Assembly: GCA_016176335.1 (NCBI GenBank)
Contig: JACOXI010000006.1
Span: 12,788-76,787 of the forward strand
From: Candidatus Daviesbacteria bacterium
GTDB lineage: Bacteria; Patescibacteriota; Microgenomatia; Daviesbacterales; UBA10151
Reading direction: 5' to 3'
DNA: 64,000 nt
The notes under the pieces were generated by a model that was not told where the DNA came from, searched no databases, and saw nothing but the letters and a program-made list of their open reading frames with translations. A program made the position numbers and the translations under genes. Shown one piece after another: positions 1 to 11,310 of this stretch. The stretch's first letter is position 1; every line of letters starts with the position of its first letter.

Positions 1-434
1 GGAAAAGCAGGGGAGAAGGAAGGGAAGGTTGGATGTATCAGGAAATTTTAGATACCCCAAAAAAATTTGGTATAGAAGATAGGGTTAAATTTTTGGGATT
101 TGTCCCGACAGAAGATTTACCGTATCTTTTATCCGGGGCAGAAGTTTTTGTACTCCCTTCTTTATGGGAAGGATTTGGCATACCTGTCTTGGAGGCTATG
201 GCTTGTGGTAGTCCGGTGATAGTTTCCAATATCTCCTCTTTGCCGGAAGTGGTAGGTTCGGCAGGGTTATTGGTAGATCCATATTCCACAGATCAGATTG
301 AACAGGCAATAAGAACCATAGTCACTGATAAAAAACTGCAACAGAAATATTCGAAAAAGGGTCTTCTGCAAGCTAAAAAATTCTCCTGGGAAAAAATGGC
401 AAGAACTGTTTTAAAAGTTTTTGAAAAAGTTTAG
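1..434 (+). CDS. GT4 family glycosyltransferase, C-terminal part (5' end outside window)
   Basis: [21 protein letters not shown], the GT4 E-x7-E motif. Confidence 0.9.
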   Translation, partial: KSRGEGREGWMYQEILDTPKKFGIEDRVKFLGFVPTEDLPYLLSGAEVFVLPSLWEGFGIPVLEAMACGSPVIVSNISSLPEVVGSAGLLVDPYSTDQIEQAIRTIVTDKKLQQKYSKKGLLQAKKFSWEKMARTVLKVFEKV

Positions 435-488
435 ATTTAAGCGCGGGGTGTTTGCTTATAGTTCGTATCTCCCATATAATTAACTTAT

Positions 489-1091
489 ATGGCCATTTTT
501 AAGGATCGCATGGGTAGATCGCTTTCAATAAAGACAGCAACTTCAAAGATATCTAATCGAATTTATAATTATTATGCTGATTTTTTTATTTTTTGGCTGC
601 ACCTTTTCTGTTACATTCCATCTCACCACGTCCGCAGATTTATTTTAAGATTGGCAGGCGCCAAAATAGGCAAAGGCACGTCAATCCATATGGGTTGCCG
701 ATTTTTCTCTTTAAAAAATATAACAATCGGGGAGGATTCAATTATCGGAGAGGGAATTTTTATGGATGGTAGAGCACCTGTAAAGATTGGGAATCACGTT
801 GATATTGCCTCACAAGTTATGATCTATAGCAGCGAGCATGATATTAATTCGGAAGATTTCCATGCCGCATTAGGTCCGGTGGAAATTGGGAATTACATAT
901 TTATTGGTCCAAGGGCGATTATTCTTCCTGGAGTAAAAATAGGAAAGGGAGCGGTGATTGCTGCCGGAGCAGTGGTTACAAAGGATGTAGCGGAGTTTGC
1001 TATTGTTGGTGGGGTACCTGCTCAGGTGATAGGGGAGAGAAAGATAAGAGATCCGCATTACAGATTAGGCAGGGCGAGATTATTTCAATGA
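489..1091 (+). CDS. Left-handed beta-helix (hexapeptide repeat) O-acetyltransferase
   Basis: Hexapeptide repeats; [17 protein letters not shown] and VGGVPA motifs. Confidence 0.9.
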   Translation: MAIFKDRMGRSLSIKTATSKISNRIYNYYADFFIFWLHLFCYIPSHHVRRFILRLAGAKIGKGTSIHMGCRFFSLKNITIGEDSIIGEGIFMDGRAPVKIGNHVDIASQVMIYSSEHDINSEDFHAALGPVEIGNYIFIGPRAIILPGVKIGKGAVIAAGAVVTKDVAEFAIVGGVPAQVIGERKIRDPHYRLGRARLFQ

Positions 1092-1095
1092 TAAT

Positions 1096-1205
1096 ATAAA
1101 TTAACCTAATTAATCTAATTAACCTAATTTCTAAATAATGACTAATGACAAAATTTCAAAATTGGGAATTATTTAGGTCAATTAGAAATTAGTAATTAGA
1201 AATTC
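1096..1205. repeat. AT-rich short-period (7-9 bp) tandem/inverted repeat tract
   Basis: aattaacct-aattaatct-aattaacct followed by aattaga-aattagt-aattaga in opposite orientation. Confidence 0.7.
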
Positions 1206-1206
1206 T

Positions 1207-1749
1207 ATGAAATACTTTTTTATCATTTTCTCTGCTTTACTTCTCATTTATATGCTTTGGCCGGGGCCTACAAAAATATCAGATTTGTCTCCCCTACCCT
1301 CCTCTGCAAAATCCACACTGTCAGGTGATACAGTTCAAATCCCTAATGTCTCCGCATATTTTTCAAACAACTTTAGAGATTTCGTTGTCCCATTTTATAC
1401 CAAGAATTATCAGCAAAACTTTCTCCCTTTTCCTCCACTACGGTTAAACCACCCGCCCGAATACTCTTGGACAGTCATAAAAAAACATACGGAAACTACC
1501 TATTTGGAAGAGTTAGTATATCCACTGCGAGATTCACTCTATGTAAACGGGTATGAGATATTTCGTCCTGATGGTACTCCCATATTTTATAGCGTTCCCA
1601 AGCTTGAAGAGGAAGGTAAGGAATGGCAAACCAAAACAACACTGCGATTATACACATCAAATATCATTGTGCGGATTATTGTTTGGGCAGGAATTTTAAT
1701 TTCAATGCAAAAGATTTTCCAACTCGGAAAGAGGATTGCAAAAGTATGA
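1207..1749 (+). CDS. Hypothetical membrane-anchored protein
   Basis: 180-aa ORF with N- and C-terminal hydrophobic helices; in operon. Confidence 0.75.
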   Translation: MKYFFIIFSALLLIYMLWPGPTKISDLSPLPSSAKSTLSGDTVQIPNVSAYFSNNFRDFVVPFYTKNYQQNFLPFPPLRLNHPPEYSWTVIKKHTETTYLEELVYPLRDSLYVNGYEIFRPDGTPIFYSVPKLEEEGKEWQTKTTLRLYTSNIIVRIIVWAGILISMQKIFQLGKRIAKV

Positions 1750-3173
1750 ATCTAACGAAGTTTTATCATATTTTGGAAAAGACGATTTTTTATCTTACTT
1801 TATTTTTATTCATCTTTATTCCCTTATATCCTAAATTTCCGCTTTTAAGTATTCCCGGCACATATGTTGCAGTCAGGTTGGAAGACGTATTAATTGCCTT
1901 AGCAATTATTCTGTGGACTGGATATATAGGTATAAAGAAAGCTTGGAGTTTTTTCGCAAAAGATAATATTGGCAGGGCATTTTTACTATTTTTCTCAATA
2001 GGAGGATTATCATTGTTTTCAGCAATTTTTCTCACCCACTCTGTTGAGCCTCATTTAGGGATATTACACTTATTAAGAAGGATGGAGTTTATGTTGCTGT
2101 TGCCCATTGTTGCCACAATTTTTACCACCAAAAAGAGGTTAATTTTAGTATTGGTTATTTTATTTTTAACAACTTTTGCGGTTAATATTTACGGGTTGGG
2201 ACAACAGTATCTAGACTTACCGGTAATATCTACTACAAACTCCGAATTTGCAAAAGGGTTGATTTTGCGACTCACACCGGGCGCCAGGTTAAATTCCACA
2301 TTTGCCGGACATTACGATCTGGCTGTATTTTTAGCTTCAGCATTAGTTGTTTTTACTGCCTTATTCTTTGCAGCAAGTCGGGTATGGAAGATTCTGATAT
2401 TGGCGATTTCCGCTCTTTCTCTATTTATATTGGTATTGACTGCAGCGAGGGTTTCTTTTATTGCTGCTTTTATCGGTATTTTATTTGCATTAATTTTTTC
2501 CAAAAAGAAAAAATACCTAATTCTCATTTTTATATCTTTGGCTTTGGTTTTACTTTACCCTTCCCAGCTAAGAGACAGATTAAAAGGGAGTGTCACGGTA
2601 AATTTATTAAATTTAGGACAAAGGTATGAGGGGAGAAACTTAAACCAGCAGCTGGAAAGCAAATTAAATATACCCACCCTTCCTTATAAAATGGCCAGCC
2701 GCTCCGCACTTGCCACACCTTTTGCCAGCGCAGAAGCTGGTCTACCTGTTGATATTACACCGGGAGAACCAATTAACGAAGTTGATCTGGCTGTTTACAG
2801 ATCATTTCAAATCAGATTAAATATTGAATGGCCAAGAGCGGTAAATGCATTTTTGAAAAATCCTTTTTTGGGGACAGGTTATGCATCTTTAGGTATAGCA
2901 ACGGATAATGATTTTTTAAGAAGTTTAGGAGAGGTGGGAATTTTAGGAACAGCCGCCTTCTTTTTAATCTTACTTTCAATTTGGAAGAAAATATATCAGG
3001 GAATAAGAAACGAAGATAAATTAATCAGATATTTTTGTGCAGGAACACTAGCTTTAATAGGTGTATTTTTATTAAACGGTTTGTTTATTGATGTATTCGA
3101 GGCATCAAAAATCGCATCACTTTTTTGGATGATTCTGGGGTTAAATTTGGGTATTTTAAATCTTAAAAAATGA
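1746..3173 (+). CDS. O-antigen ligase/polymerase-like (Wzy_C) membrane protein
   Basis: Many TM helices; LTAARVS and NPFLGTGY motifs; start reassigned to ATG 1746, which overlaps the previous stop. Confidence 0.75.
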   Translation: MNLTKFYHILEKTIFYLTLFLFIFIPLYPKFPLLSIPGTYVAVRLEDVLIALAIILWTGYIGIKKAWSFFAKDNIGRAFLLFFSIGGLSLFSAIFLTHSVEPHLGILHLLRRMEFMLLLPIVATIFTTKKRLILVLVILFLTTFAVNIYGLGQQYLDLPVISTTNSEFAKGLILRLTPGARLNSTFAGHYDLAVFLASALVVFTALFFAASRVWKILILAISALSLFILVLTAARVSFIAAFIGILFALIFSKKKKYLILIFISLALVLLYPSQLRDRLKGSVTVNLLNLGQRYEGRNLNQQLESKLNIPTLPYKMASRSALATPFASAEAGLPVDITPGEPINEVDLAVYRSFQIRLNIEWPRAVNAFLKNPFLGTGYASLGIATDNDFLRSLGEVGILGTAAFFLILLSIWKKIYQGIRNEDKLIRYFCAGTLALIGVFLLNGLFIDVFEASKIASLFWMILGLNLGILNLKK

Positions 3174-4666
3174 AATTATTAAACATTTTTAAAAATCAAT
3201 ATTTTTGGTTGAGTTTAGTGATACTTTTGGCATTTGCGGTAAGGCTCTATAAAATTGACTCACCCATTGCCGATTGGCATTCCTGGAGACAGGCAGACAC
3301 GGCAAGCGTGACCCGAAACTTCATCAAAGAAGGGTTCAACCCTTTTTTGCCAAAGTATGATGATATGACCGGTGTATCAGAGAAGCCGATTGTTAACACC
3401 TTGAGGTTTAGATTTGTGGAATTTCCCGTCTACAACATAGCGGTTTATCCTTTTTACCTGCTCTTTGGAGTTTTGGAGAAAATCAGTAGATTGGTTTCCG
3501 TTATCTTCTCATTAGGCAGTTTAATATTTTTATACCTGATTACTAAAAAATATACCAGCGTAGTGATTGCTTTGACTTCGGCGTTAACATTTGCCCTTTT
3601 ACCCTACAATGTTTTTTTCTCAAGAACAACATTGCCTGAACCAACTTTTGTTTTTTTTGCTTTGGGAATGGTTTATTTTATGGATAGATGGATATGGGAG
3701 TCCGCCAGCCCATGGTTGGGAATTTGGGCATTCATTTTTACCGCCCTGGCATTTTTGATGAAACCTTGGGCCGCCTTTTATTTTTTACCGCTTTTCTATT
3801 CTGTTTACAAAAATACGGGTAGGATTTGGCCTTTGCCAAAAAGATTTATCCTGTTGACTGTTGCGGCGATAATCCCTTTTATCTTATGGCGACTTTGGAT
3901 TCTGCAACAACCACAGGGAATACCAGCTTCTTCTTGGCTTTTAAATAGTGACGGTATCCGTTTCCGGCCCGCTTTTTGGTGGTGGATTGTTTCCGAAAGA
4001 TTGGGTAGGGAAATATTGGGCGTAACAGGTTTAGTTTTATTTTTTATCGGGTTTATCCAAAAGCCAAAAAACAGCTCGCCTCGCGGAGCGGGTAACTATT
4101 TTTTACACTTTTGGGCCCTCTCCCTATTCCTATTTTTCATTATCTTTGCAACCGGTAATGTCAGACACGATTATTATCAGGTTCTGTTTGCTCCCATAGC
4201 TTCTATATTTTTAGCATACGGTTTTATCAACCTAATTTCGGGCAGTAATCCTTACATCCCAAGAATATGGACCATAGTTTTGGCGCTTTGGTTTTTTCTA
4301 CTCACCTATTATTTTGGGTGGAAGTATGTTTCCGGTTTATATCAGATAAATAATCCTGTGATTGTTGAGGCAGGTCAAAGGGCCGACCAGATTTTGCCCA
4401 AAAAAGCGGTAGTTTTAGCCCCTTACAATGGTGATACAGCCTTTCTTTATCATATAAACAGGCCGGGTTTTGCGGTTGTACCGTTATCAATAAAGGAGAT
4501 GGTGGCAGATTATGGTATTACACACTTTGTTTCGGTTTCAAGGGATGACAAGACAAACTGGGTGATCAGATATTTTCAAGTTTTAGAGGACAATCCCAAG
4601 TTTGTGATAGCTGATTTAACCGAAATGAAAAAACCCTTTGATGATATTTTAGACCCGGAACCTTAA
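3170..4666 (+). CDS. ArnT/PMT-like GT-C glycosyltransferase
   Basis: RLYKIDSPIADWHSWRQADT N-terminal motif, EFPVY, multi-TM. Confidence 0.8.
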   Translation: MKLLNIFKNQYFWLSLVILLAFAVRLYKIDSPIADWHSWRQADTASVTRNFIKEGFNPFLPKYDDMTGVSEKPIVNTLRFRFVEFPVYNIAVYPFYLLFGVLEKISRLVSVIFSLGSLIFLYLITKKYTSVVIALTSALTFALLPYNVFFSRTTLPEPTFVFFALGMVYFMDRWIWESASPWLGIWAFIFTALAFLMKPWAAFYFLPLFYSVYKNTGRIWPLPKRFILLTVAAIIPFILWRLWILQQPQGIPASSWLLNSDGIRFRPAFWWWIVSERLGREILGVTGLVLFFIGFIQKPKNSSPRGAGNYFLHFWALSLFLFFIIFATGNVRHDYYQVLFAPIASIFLAYGFINLISGSNPYIPRIWTIVLALWFFLLTYYFGWKYVSGLYQINNPVIVEAGQRADQILPKKAVVLAPYNGDTAFLYHINRPGFAVVPLSIKEMVADYGITHFVSVSRDDKTNWVIRYFQVLEDNPKFVIADLTEMKKPFDDILDPEP

Positions 4667-4676
4667 CTCAACTTAC

Positions 4677-5870
4677 ATGAAAGTTTTAATGTTGACACCA
4701 TACCTTCCATACCCATTACTCACCGGAGGTCAAACCAGGTCATACAATTTGATTAAGAGATTATCTAACTTGGGACATAAGATTACTCTTTTCTGTTTAA
4801 TAAAGGATAATAGCGAAAGAAAATATGTAGGTGAGCTGGAGAAGTTTTGTCAGGAAGTACAAGTTTTTAAACGTTCAGGACATCCTTGGACTGCAACAAA
4901 CATTTTGAGGACGGGTTTTAGTTTCTATCCTTTTTTAGTGATCAGAAATTGGGCAGGAGGTGAAAAAGGAACAGTAAAAAATAAATTAGAGGAGGAAAAT
5001 TTTGATTTGATTCACGCCGAAACATTTTATGTTATGCCACATATTCCAAAAACCAACATACCTATACTTTTGGTCGAACAAACTATCGAGTATTTGGTTT
5101 ACAAACATTTCGTAGATGAATTTAAAATTCCTGCAATCAAACAACTTTTGTATGTAGATGTGGCAAAAATGAAGTATTGGGAACTAAATTATTGGAAGCA
5201 GGCAAAAAGAGTTGTGGCCATGTCCGAAGATGATAAAAAAGCGATGATAAAGCAATTGCCTTCTTTGGCGGTAGACATTGTGCCCAACGGAGTTGACAGC
5301 GATTTTTTTGGTAAGAAAATTACCAATCAATCAAAAGATCCTGTTATTCTTTATCTGGGAAATTTCACTTGGTTGCAAAATAGAGAGGCGGTTGCAGTTT
5401 TGGTAAATAAAGTTTGGCCAAGGATAAAGAATAAATTGCCAACTGCCAAACTTTGGATTATTGGTAAAAACGCCAAGGAATTTTTCGCCAATTTGGAATC
5501 AGGCGACGTTAGAGTAGATGAAGTTTTAGATGTCAGAGAAGTTTATCAGAAGGGTGCTGTTTTGGTTGCGCCGATTTATGGCGGAGGAGGAACAAGATAT
5601 AAAAACTTGGAAAGCTTTGCGTCGGGACTTCCGGTTGTAACAACATCTATTGGGATAAGGGGGACAGAAGCAAAAGATAAGGTGGAAGTAGTGATAAGGG
5701 ATGAACCGGAAGATATTGCGGCAGCTGCCATAGATTTAATAAATAATAAGAGCTTTTCTAAAATAATTGCCGAAAATGCCAAAAAAATGGTTAAAGAAAA
5801 ATATGACTGGGACCCAATTGCTAAAAAGTTAAGCAATATTTATGAGCAGTTAGGGCAAGTTAAGTCTTGA
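4677..5870 (+). CDS. GT4 family glycosyltransferase
   Basis: PYPLLTGGQTR, VPNGVD, GGGTRYKNLESFASGLPVV. Confidence 0.9.
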   Translation: MKVLMLTPYLPYPLLTGGQTRSYNLIKRLSNLGHKITLFCLIKDNSERKYVGELEKFCQEVQVFKRSGHPWTATNILRTGFSFYPFLVIRNWAGGEKGTVKNKLEEENFDLIHAETFYVMPHIPKTNIPILLVEQTIEYLVYKHFVDEFKIPAIKQLLYVDVAKMKYWELNYWKQAKRVVAMSEDDKKAMIKQLPSLAVDIVPNGVDSDFFGKKITNQSKDPVILYLGNFTWLQNREAVAVLVNKVWPRIKNKLPTAKLWIIGKNAKEFFANLESGDVRVDEVLDVREVYQKGAVLVAPIYGGGGTRYKNLESFASGLPVVTTSIGIRGTEAKDKVEVVIRDEPEDIAAAAIDLINNKSFSKIIAENAKKMVKEKYDWDPIAKKLSNIYEQLGQVKS

Positions 5871-5874
5871 TGTT

Positions 5875-7002
5875 ATGAGAATTGTAGTTGATTGTCGTTT
5901 GTATTCAGTCCAGGCAGGTATAGGCAGATATATTCGTAATTTAATTTTCAATTTACAAAAAATAGATAAGAAGAATACATATTTTATTCTTCTTCTTAAG
6001 AAAGATTACGATTTATTGGTAAATCAAAGAAATTTTGTTCGGGTAGTGGCTGATTTTCAATGGTATGGAATAACAGAACAGCTAAAACTTCCCAAACTTC
6101 TCCATAAGTTAAATCCGGATCTGGTACATTTTCCCCATTTTAACTTGCCTATCCTATATAGAGGAAAATTTGTTGTGACTATCCATGATTTAACCCACAA
6201 ATATTTTGCTATGAAAAGAGCAACAACTCATGGCCGCCTAATTTATTTTTTAAAACAGATCGGGTATAAAGTAGTTTTCAAAAAGGCAGCAACGGAGTCT
6301 GGGACGATTATTACTCCATCTCACTATATTAAGAATCTGATAGCTAAAGAGTACTCAATTCCCGAAGAGAAGATGGTAGTTACTTACGAGGCAGTTGATC
6401 ACAAATTCATTTCTATAAGTGAAAATATTAAAAAGGGAGAAATTGAAAATGTGATGAAAAAATTTAGTGTCAGTCTCCCCTATTTGTTTTATGTAGGAAA
6501 TGCTCATCCTCATAAGAATGTGGAGGGGTTGATTAAAGCTTTCTTTAAACTGAAAGAAAAATACCAAAACCTAAAGTTAGTTTTATCAGGTCCAGATCAT
6601 TATTTTTGGCAAAGGTTAAAAAAAGAGTATCAATTAAGTGAAATTGTTTATACAGGATATGTTACAGATGAGGAAATGGTGGCTCTTTACAAAAATGCAT
6701 CATCTTTTGTGATGCCTTCATTTGAAGAAGGATTTGGTATACCGCTACTTGAGGCAATGGCAAGTTTTGCTCCTGTGGTTTCATCAAATGCCGGAGCACT
6801 TCCTGAAGTTGGAGGAGATGCCGCACTTTATTTTGATCCCCGAAATACCAATGATATGGCAGATAAGATTTCACAAGTGTTAGATAGTGAAAAACTTAAA
6901 GAAGAGTTAATAGATAAAGGACAGAAAAGAGTAAAATTTTTTAGTTGGGAAAAATTGGCCAAACAGACTTTGGAGGTGTATCGGAAGGAAACGATTTTAT
7001 GA
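5875..7002 (+). CDS. GT4 family glycosyltransferase (mannosyltransferase-like)
   Basis: GIGRY, VTIHDL, PHKN, PSFEEGFGIPLLEAM. Confidence 0.9.
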   Translation: MRIVVDCRLYSVQAGIGRYIRNLIFNLQKIDKKNTYFILLLKKDYDLLVNQRNFVRVVADFQWYGITEQLKLPKLLHKLNPDLVHFPHFNLPILYRGKFVVTIHDLTHKYFAMKRATTHGRLIYFLKQIGYKVVFKKAATESGTIITPSHYIKNLIAKEYSIPEEKMVVTYEAVDHKFISISENIKKGEIENVMKKFSVSLPYLFYVGNAHPHKNVEGLIKAFFKLKEKYQNLKLVLSGPDHYFWQRLKKEYQLSEIVYTGYVTDEEMVALYKNASSFVMPSFEEGFGIPLLEAMASFAPVVSSNAGALPEVGGDAALYFDPRNTNDMADKISQVLDSEKLKEELIDKGQKRVKFFSWEKLAKQTLEVYRKETIL

Positions 7003-8108
7003 AAGTTGCTCTTGTTCATGATGACTTGGTTCAGTGGGGTGGGGCTGAAAGAGTTTTAGAGGGACTTTGTGAAATTTTTCCGGATGCTCCGATTTTTACA
7101 TCAGTTTATGACTACTCAAACAAAGAATTAGCCAAGCGGTTTGGAGATAAAAAAATAATTACTTCTTTTTTGCAAAAAATTGTCGGATGGAAGACTCTTT
7201 ATAAAGCCTTGTTGCCATTATATCCAATAGCTTTCGAGCAGTTTGATTTGACAGGTTATGATCTTGTTATTTCACACACCACCAGATTTGCAAAAAGTAT
7301 AATTACCAAACCTCAAACGAAACATATTTGCTATTGCCACACACCGCCAAGATTTTTATGGCATATTCCAAAGAAAGAAAATTTTGGAGCAGGAGAAGTA
7401 CTTTTTAGCAAAATGAGGATTTTTGATAGAATAAGCTCTGCCCGGGTAGATCATTTTATTGCAGGTTCAAAAAATGCTCAAAAAAGAATTCAAAAAATTT
7501 ACAAGATGGACTCAACTGTAATATATCCGTTTATAGATCTTGGGAGGTTTGAAGGTATTGAAACTTTTGATGGGGGATATTTTGTGGTAGTTTCGCGGCT
7601 AAATAAATATAAAAAAGCGGATTTGGCAGTTGAGGCATGTAAAATATTGGAAGTACCATTAAAGATCATCGGTACCGGACCGGAGCTTGATAGACTCAAG
7701 AGAATTCAGCCCCACTTCGCCAAGGCTTCGTGGGGTAAAGGAGTTTGGGGGGGAATTGAATTGTTAGGGCATCTGAATGATGACGCAGTAGTCAAAGTTT
7801 TGGCAGGATGCAAGGGGTTAATTGTTCCCGGCATAGAAGACTTTGGGTTGGTGGCGCTGGAGGCCCAAGCGCTCGGCAAGCCGGTTATAGCTTATTCAGA
7901 AGGAGGGAGTTTAGAAACAGTTGTAGAAGGCAAAAGCGGAATTTTTTTCCATGATCAATCTGTAGACAGCTTGGTACAGGCTATTAAAAGACTTGGTAAA
8001 ATAAAAATTGAACCTTTAGGTTGTATAAAAAATGCCAGTGAGTTTAGTAAAGAAAACTTTATATCTAATTTTAAACTTACAGTTGCTAGTTTAGGGTACA
8101 CTATATAA
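6999..8108 (+). CDS. GT4 family glycosyltransferase (WbaZ-like)
   Basis: MKVALVHDDL..GGAERV, YCHTPPR, EDFGLVALEAQA; start at ATG 6999. Confidence 0.9.
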   Translation: MKVALVHDDLVQWGGAERVLEGLCEIFPDAPIFTSVYDYSNKELAKRFGDKKIITSFLQKIVGWKTLYKALLPLYPIAFEQFDLTGYDLVISHTTRFAKSIITKPQTKHICYCHTPPRFLWHIPKKENFGAGEVLFSKMRIFDRISSARVDHFIAGSKNAQKRIQKIYKMDSTVIYPFIDLGRFEGIETFDGGYFVVVSRLNKYKKADLAVEACKILEVPLKIIGTGPELDRLKRIQPHFAKASWGKGVWGGIELLGHLNDDAVVKVLAGCKGLIVPGIEDFGLVALEAQALGKPVIAYSEGGSLETVVEGKSGIFFHDQSVDSLVQAIKRLGKIKIEPLGCIKNASEFSKENFISNFKLTVASLGYTI

Positions 8109-8114
8109 AGATAT

Positions 8115-8744
8115 ATGATTTACGATTCTTTAAAAAGATTGTTGGATATAATAGGGTCGGCTGTTGGGTTAGTGATTCTTTCCCCGATATTCTTATTGGT
8201 GGCAATTGCAATAAAAGTTGATTCCCCGGGTCCTGTGTTTGCTGACACCCCAATGAGAGCGGGTAATGATGGGACACTTTTCAAAATTTATAAATTTAGG
8301 TCAATGGTTAAAAATGCACACGAGCTTTTGGAAAAAAATCCTAAACTTTTGGTAGAATATAAAAGAAATAGTTATAAGATTTTTAACGATCCTAGGATTA
8401 CCAGGGTAGGTAAGATTTTAAGAAGATATTCTGTAGATGAATTTCCTCAACTGTTTAATATATTAAAAGGCGAAATGAGTCTGGTTGGACCAAGAGCTTA
8501 CTATCCGTATGAGCTGGAAGAACAACAAAAAAAGTACCCGAGTTCCAGAAAATATGTCAAAATAATACTGTCGGGAAAACCCGGTTTAACAGGTGTCTGG
8601 CAAGTAACCGGAAGATCAGAGATTAACTTTGACAAAAGAGTTAAGATGGATGCAAGTTACGTGAAGAAAAAATCTATTATTTATGATTTTTGGCTGATTT
8701 TAAAAACGATTCCCGCTGTCTTGTACGGTAGAGGAGCCATTTAA
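8115..8744 (+). CDS. Priming polyprenyl-phosphate sugar transferase (Bac_transf)
   Basis: KRLLDI, FKIYKFRSM, DPRITRVG, DEFPQLFNILKGEMSLVGPR, PGLTG. Confidence 0.95.
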   Translation: MIYDSLKRLLDIIGSAVGLVILSPIFLLVAIAIKVDSPGPVFADTPMRAGNDGTLFKIYKFRSMVKNAHELLEKNPKLLVEYKRNSYKIFNDPRITRVGKILRRYSVDEFPQLFNILKGEMSLVGPRAYYPYELEEQQKKYPSSRKYVKIILSGKPGLTGVWQVTGRSEINFDKRVKMDASYVKKKSIIYDFWLILKTIPAVLYGRGAI

Positions 8745-8745
8745 G

Positions 8746-10653
8746 ATGGCTATTTTTAACCTGACAAGAAAAATTAATTCGCTAAGTATGAAACATCAAA
8801 GAAAACGCGGTAATAGCGCCTTTTTAAGAAGAATTTTAATTTCTATTGTGGTAATTTTACTCTTTTCCATTATTCCCTCTTTTTTTGTCTATACCGGGTT
8901 TAGGGATACTATAACTCATGGGAAGGCTGTGGTTGCATCATACAGTGCCCAAAATTACGACTCATTAAAATCAGAGGTCTCTGCTACCAAAGTTGGGCTT
9001 CAGAGAGCAAATTTCGCTCTAAATTTCCTTTTCTGGTTGAAAATCATTCCGTTTTTGGGCGGATATTATTCGGATATAAAGGGTTTTTCATCCGCAGGAG
9101 TTGAAGAACTTAAAGCTTTAGAAAAAATTATTAAAATTTTTGAACCTGAAAAGATAGACTTGGGTTTTAACGGCCAGCCAAAAGGTGGACCGGAGAGGAT
9201 GACACAAATAATTAAAATACTGGACAGGGTACAACCGTATTATGGTGATATTCAGAAAAATTTGGAAATGGCTGCCGCGTCCGTCAAGAATATAAATACA
9301 GATAAATATCCGCTTAAACTTAAAGGTAAAGAAATAAGGAAAAATCTACTGCTTGCAAAAAATTTTATAGTTGGTGCTGAAATTGGCATCACAAAAGGGA
9401 AAGATGCAGTTATTCTTGCTCCAAATGCACTAGGTCTACAATCACCCAAAACATATCTGCTTTTGTTTCAAAACGATAAAGAAATCAGGCCGACCGGAGG
9501 GTTTATAACCGCATATGCCACCCTCACTTTAACTAATGGACAAGTTTCATCCTCTACATCTGATGACATTTATAGATTGGATGAAAAACTTTTGGCAACT
9601 TGTCTTTCCAAAATTTGTCCCCTGACTCCGCCTGCCCCAATTACCAAATATTTACCGGAAGTGACTGGAAAGACAAGATCCGCCTGGAGTATGAGAGATT
9701 CCAATATTTCTCCGGATCTACCTACCTCTGCAAAGGAATTCGAAAGAATGTATGAACTTTTAGGTCAAGGGTTACCTTTTGATGGGATTATTTATATTGA
9801 TTCACAAGTTGTTGAAGAGCTGATTGAAATAACAGGACCAATAGATGTATATGATACGAAATATTCCGCAGAGGAAGACAAAAGATGCAGTTGTCCAAAT
9901 GTGATCTATGAATTGGAATCTTATGCGGAAATTGCTGCCAAGGGCGAGCAAGACAGAAAGGCAATTTTGGGAGTTTTGATGCAACAAATTTTGGCAAGAA
10001 CCACAGGTGCAGATATTGAGAAAATCCCACAATTTGTGGAAACTATAGTAAGACTTGCAAACCACAAGCATATTATGTTTTTCGCACACGACCAAAAACT
10101 GCAACAAGCTCTTTCAAATCTTAATTGGACAGGTGAAATAAGGGGCGCCTCCGTCACTAAAAATTATGATGGAGATTATTTACATATTAATGACTCAAAT
10201 TTTGCCGGAGGAAAATCCAATTTATATGTTGAGCAAACTGTGACACAAGAAATAATGACTCAAAAAGATGGAATAGTGAAGAAAAAAATTACTGTTGAAT
10301 ATAAAAATCCCCAACCATTTGGTGTCTGGCTAAACGGCATAAATCGTGATTATGTCAGATTTTATGTACCTTTAGGAAGTAAACTCATTTCTTCCAAAGG
10401 ATCTGAAGATGAAGTGGTAAGTTCAGAGGATTTAGGTAAGACTGTCTTTGAAGCTTTTATCCAAGTTAGGCCTCAAAATTCCAGGAAACTGGAAATGGAA
10501 TATACTGTACCCTATCAACCCAAAGGAGAGTATAAGCTGTTAATCCAAAAACAACCGGGAGCTAAAGATTTTGAATATAAAATTAAGTTAAATGGGAGAC
10601 AAGTTGAAGATTTTAAGTTAGATATGGATAAAGAGTTCAAGTTTCCTCTATAA
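8746..10653 (+). CDS. DUF4012-domain membrane-anchored protein
   Basis: YLLLFQNDKEIRPTGGFI, RDSNISPDLP, QKQPG motifs typical of DUF4012. Confidence 0.8.
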   Translation: MAIFNLTRKINSLSMKHQRKRGNSAFLRRILISIVVILLFSIIPSFFVYTGFRDTITHGKAVVASYSAQNYDSLKSEVSATKVGLQRANFALNFLFWLKIIPFLGGYYSDIKGFSSAGVEELKALEKIIKIFEPEKIDLGFNGQPKGGPERMTQIIKILDRVQPYYGDIQKNLEMAAASVKNINTDKYPLKLKGKEIRKNLLLAKNFIVGAEIGITKGKDAVILAPNALGLQSPKTYLLLFQNDKEIRPTGGFITAYATLTLTNGQVSSSTSDDIYRLDEKLLATCLSKICPLTPPAPITKYLPEVTGKTRSAWSMRDSNISPDLPTSAKEFERMYELLGQGLPFDGIIYIDSQVVEELIEITGPIDVYDTKYSAEEDKRCSCPNVIYELESYAEIAAKGEQDRKAILGVLMQQILARTTGADIEKIPQFVETIVRLANHKHIMFFAHDQKLQQALSNLNWTGEIRGASVTKNYDGDYLHINDSNFAGGKSNLYVEQTVTQEIMTQKDGIVKKKITVEYKNPQPFGVWLNGINRDYVRFYVPLGSKLISSKGSEDEVVSSEDLGKTVFEAFIQVRPQNSRKLEMEYTVPYQPKGEYKLLIQKQPGAKDFEYKIKLNGRQVEDFKLDMDKEFKFPL

Positions 10654-10665
10654 TTTTCCAAAGGA

Positions 10666-11310
10666 ATGAGAAGTTTTAAGACAGAAGGGATTATTTTAAA
10701 GAGGAGAAATTTTGGTGAAGCTGATCGGATTTTGACTGTTTTTACACCCTCCAGGGGGAAAATTTCTGTTTTGGCAAAAGGAGTTAGAAGAATTAGGTCA
10801 AGGAGAGCTGGTAATGTTGAACTCTTAAACAGAGCAGTCATGTATTTACACCAGAGTAAAGGTCTGCCGATTTTAACCGAGGCGCAAACTTTGGCATCTT
10901 TCCAAAAAATCAAAGAGGATTTGACCCTGTCTACCTATGCTTATCATATTCTGGAATTAGTTAATAAGTTAACAGCAGAGAACCAGGAGAATAGGAGGCT
11001 GTATAGTGATTTAGTTGAGGTTTTGGGATGGTTATCCAAAAATCCCAGACAAATCTTCATCAGAGCATTTGAGGCAAAAATCTTATCAAACTTAGGATTC
11101 ACAAACTTTCAACTTCACACACAGGATTTGTCAAGTAATGTGAGGCAGTTGTTAAGAGATTTGGAATTGTCTTCTTGGGAAAAAATTGAGGCAATAAAGG
11201 TGAAGGAGAAAGAGGCTCTGGAACTGGAACATATCTTGCGATACTATATAGAAAGAACAATTGAGGGAAAATTGAAAAGTAGACAGTTTTTGAAAGACTT
11301 ATATGGATAA
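10666..11310 (+). CDS. recO: DNA repair protein RecO
   Basis: GIILKRRNFGEADRILTVFT...GKISVLAKGVR. Confidence 0.95.
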   Translation: MRSFKTEGIILKRRNFGEADRILTVFTPSRGKISVLAKGVRRIRSRRAGNVELLNRAVMYLHQSKGLPILTEAQTLASFQKIKEDLTLSTYAYHILELVNKLTAENQENRRLYSDLVEVLGWLSKNPRQIFIRAFEAKILSNLGFTNFQLHTQDLSSNVRQLLRDLELSSWEKIEAIKVKEKEALELEHILRYYIERTIEGKLKSRQFLKDLYG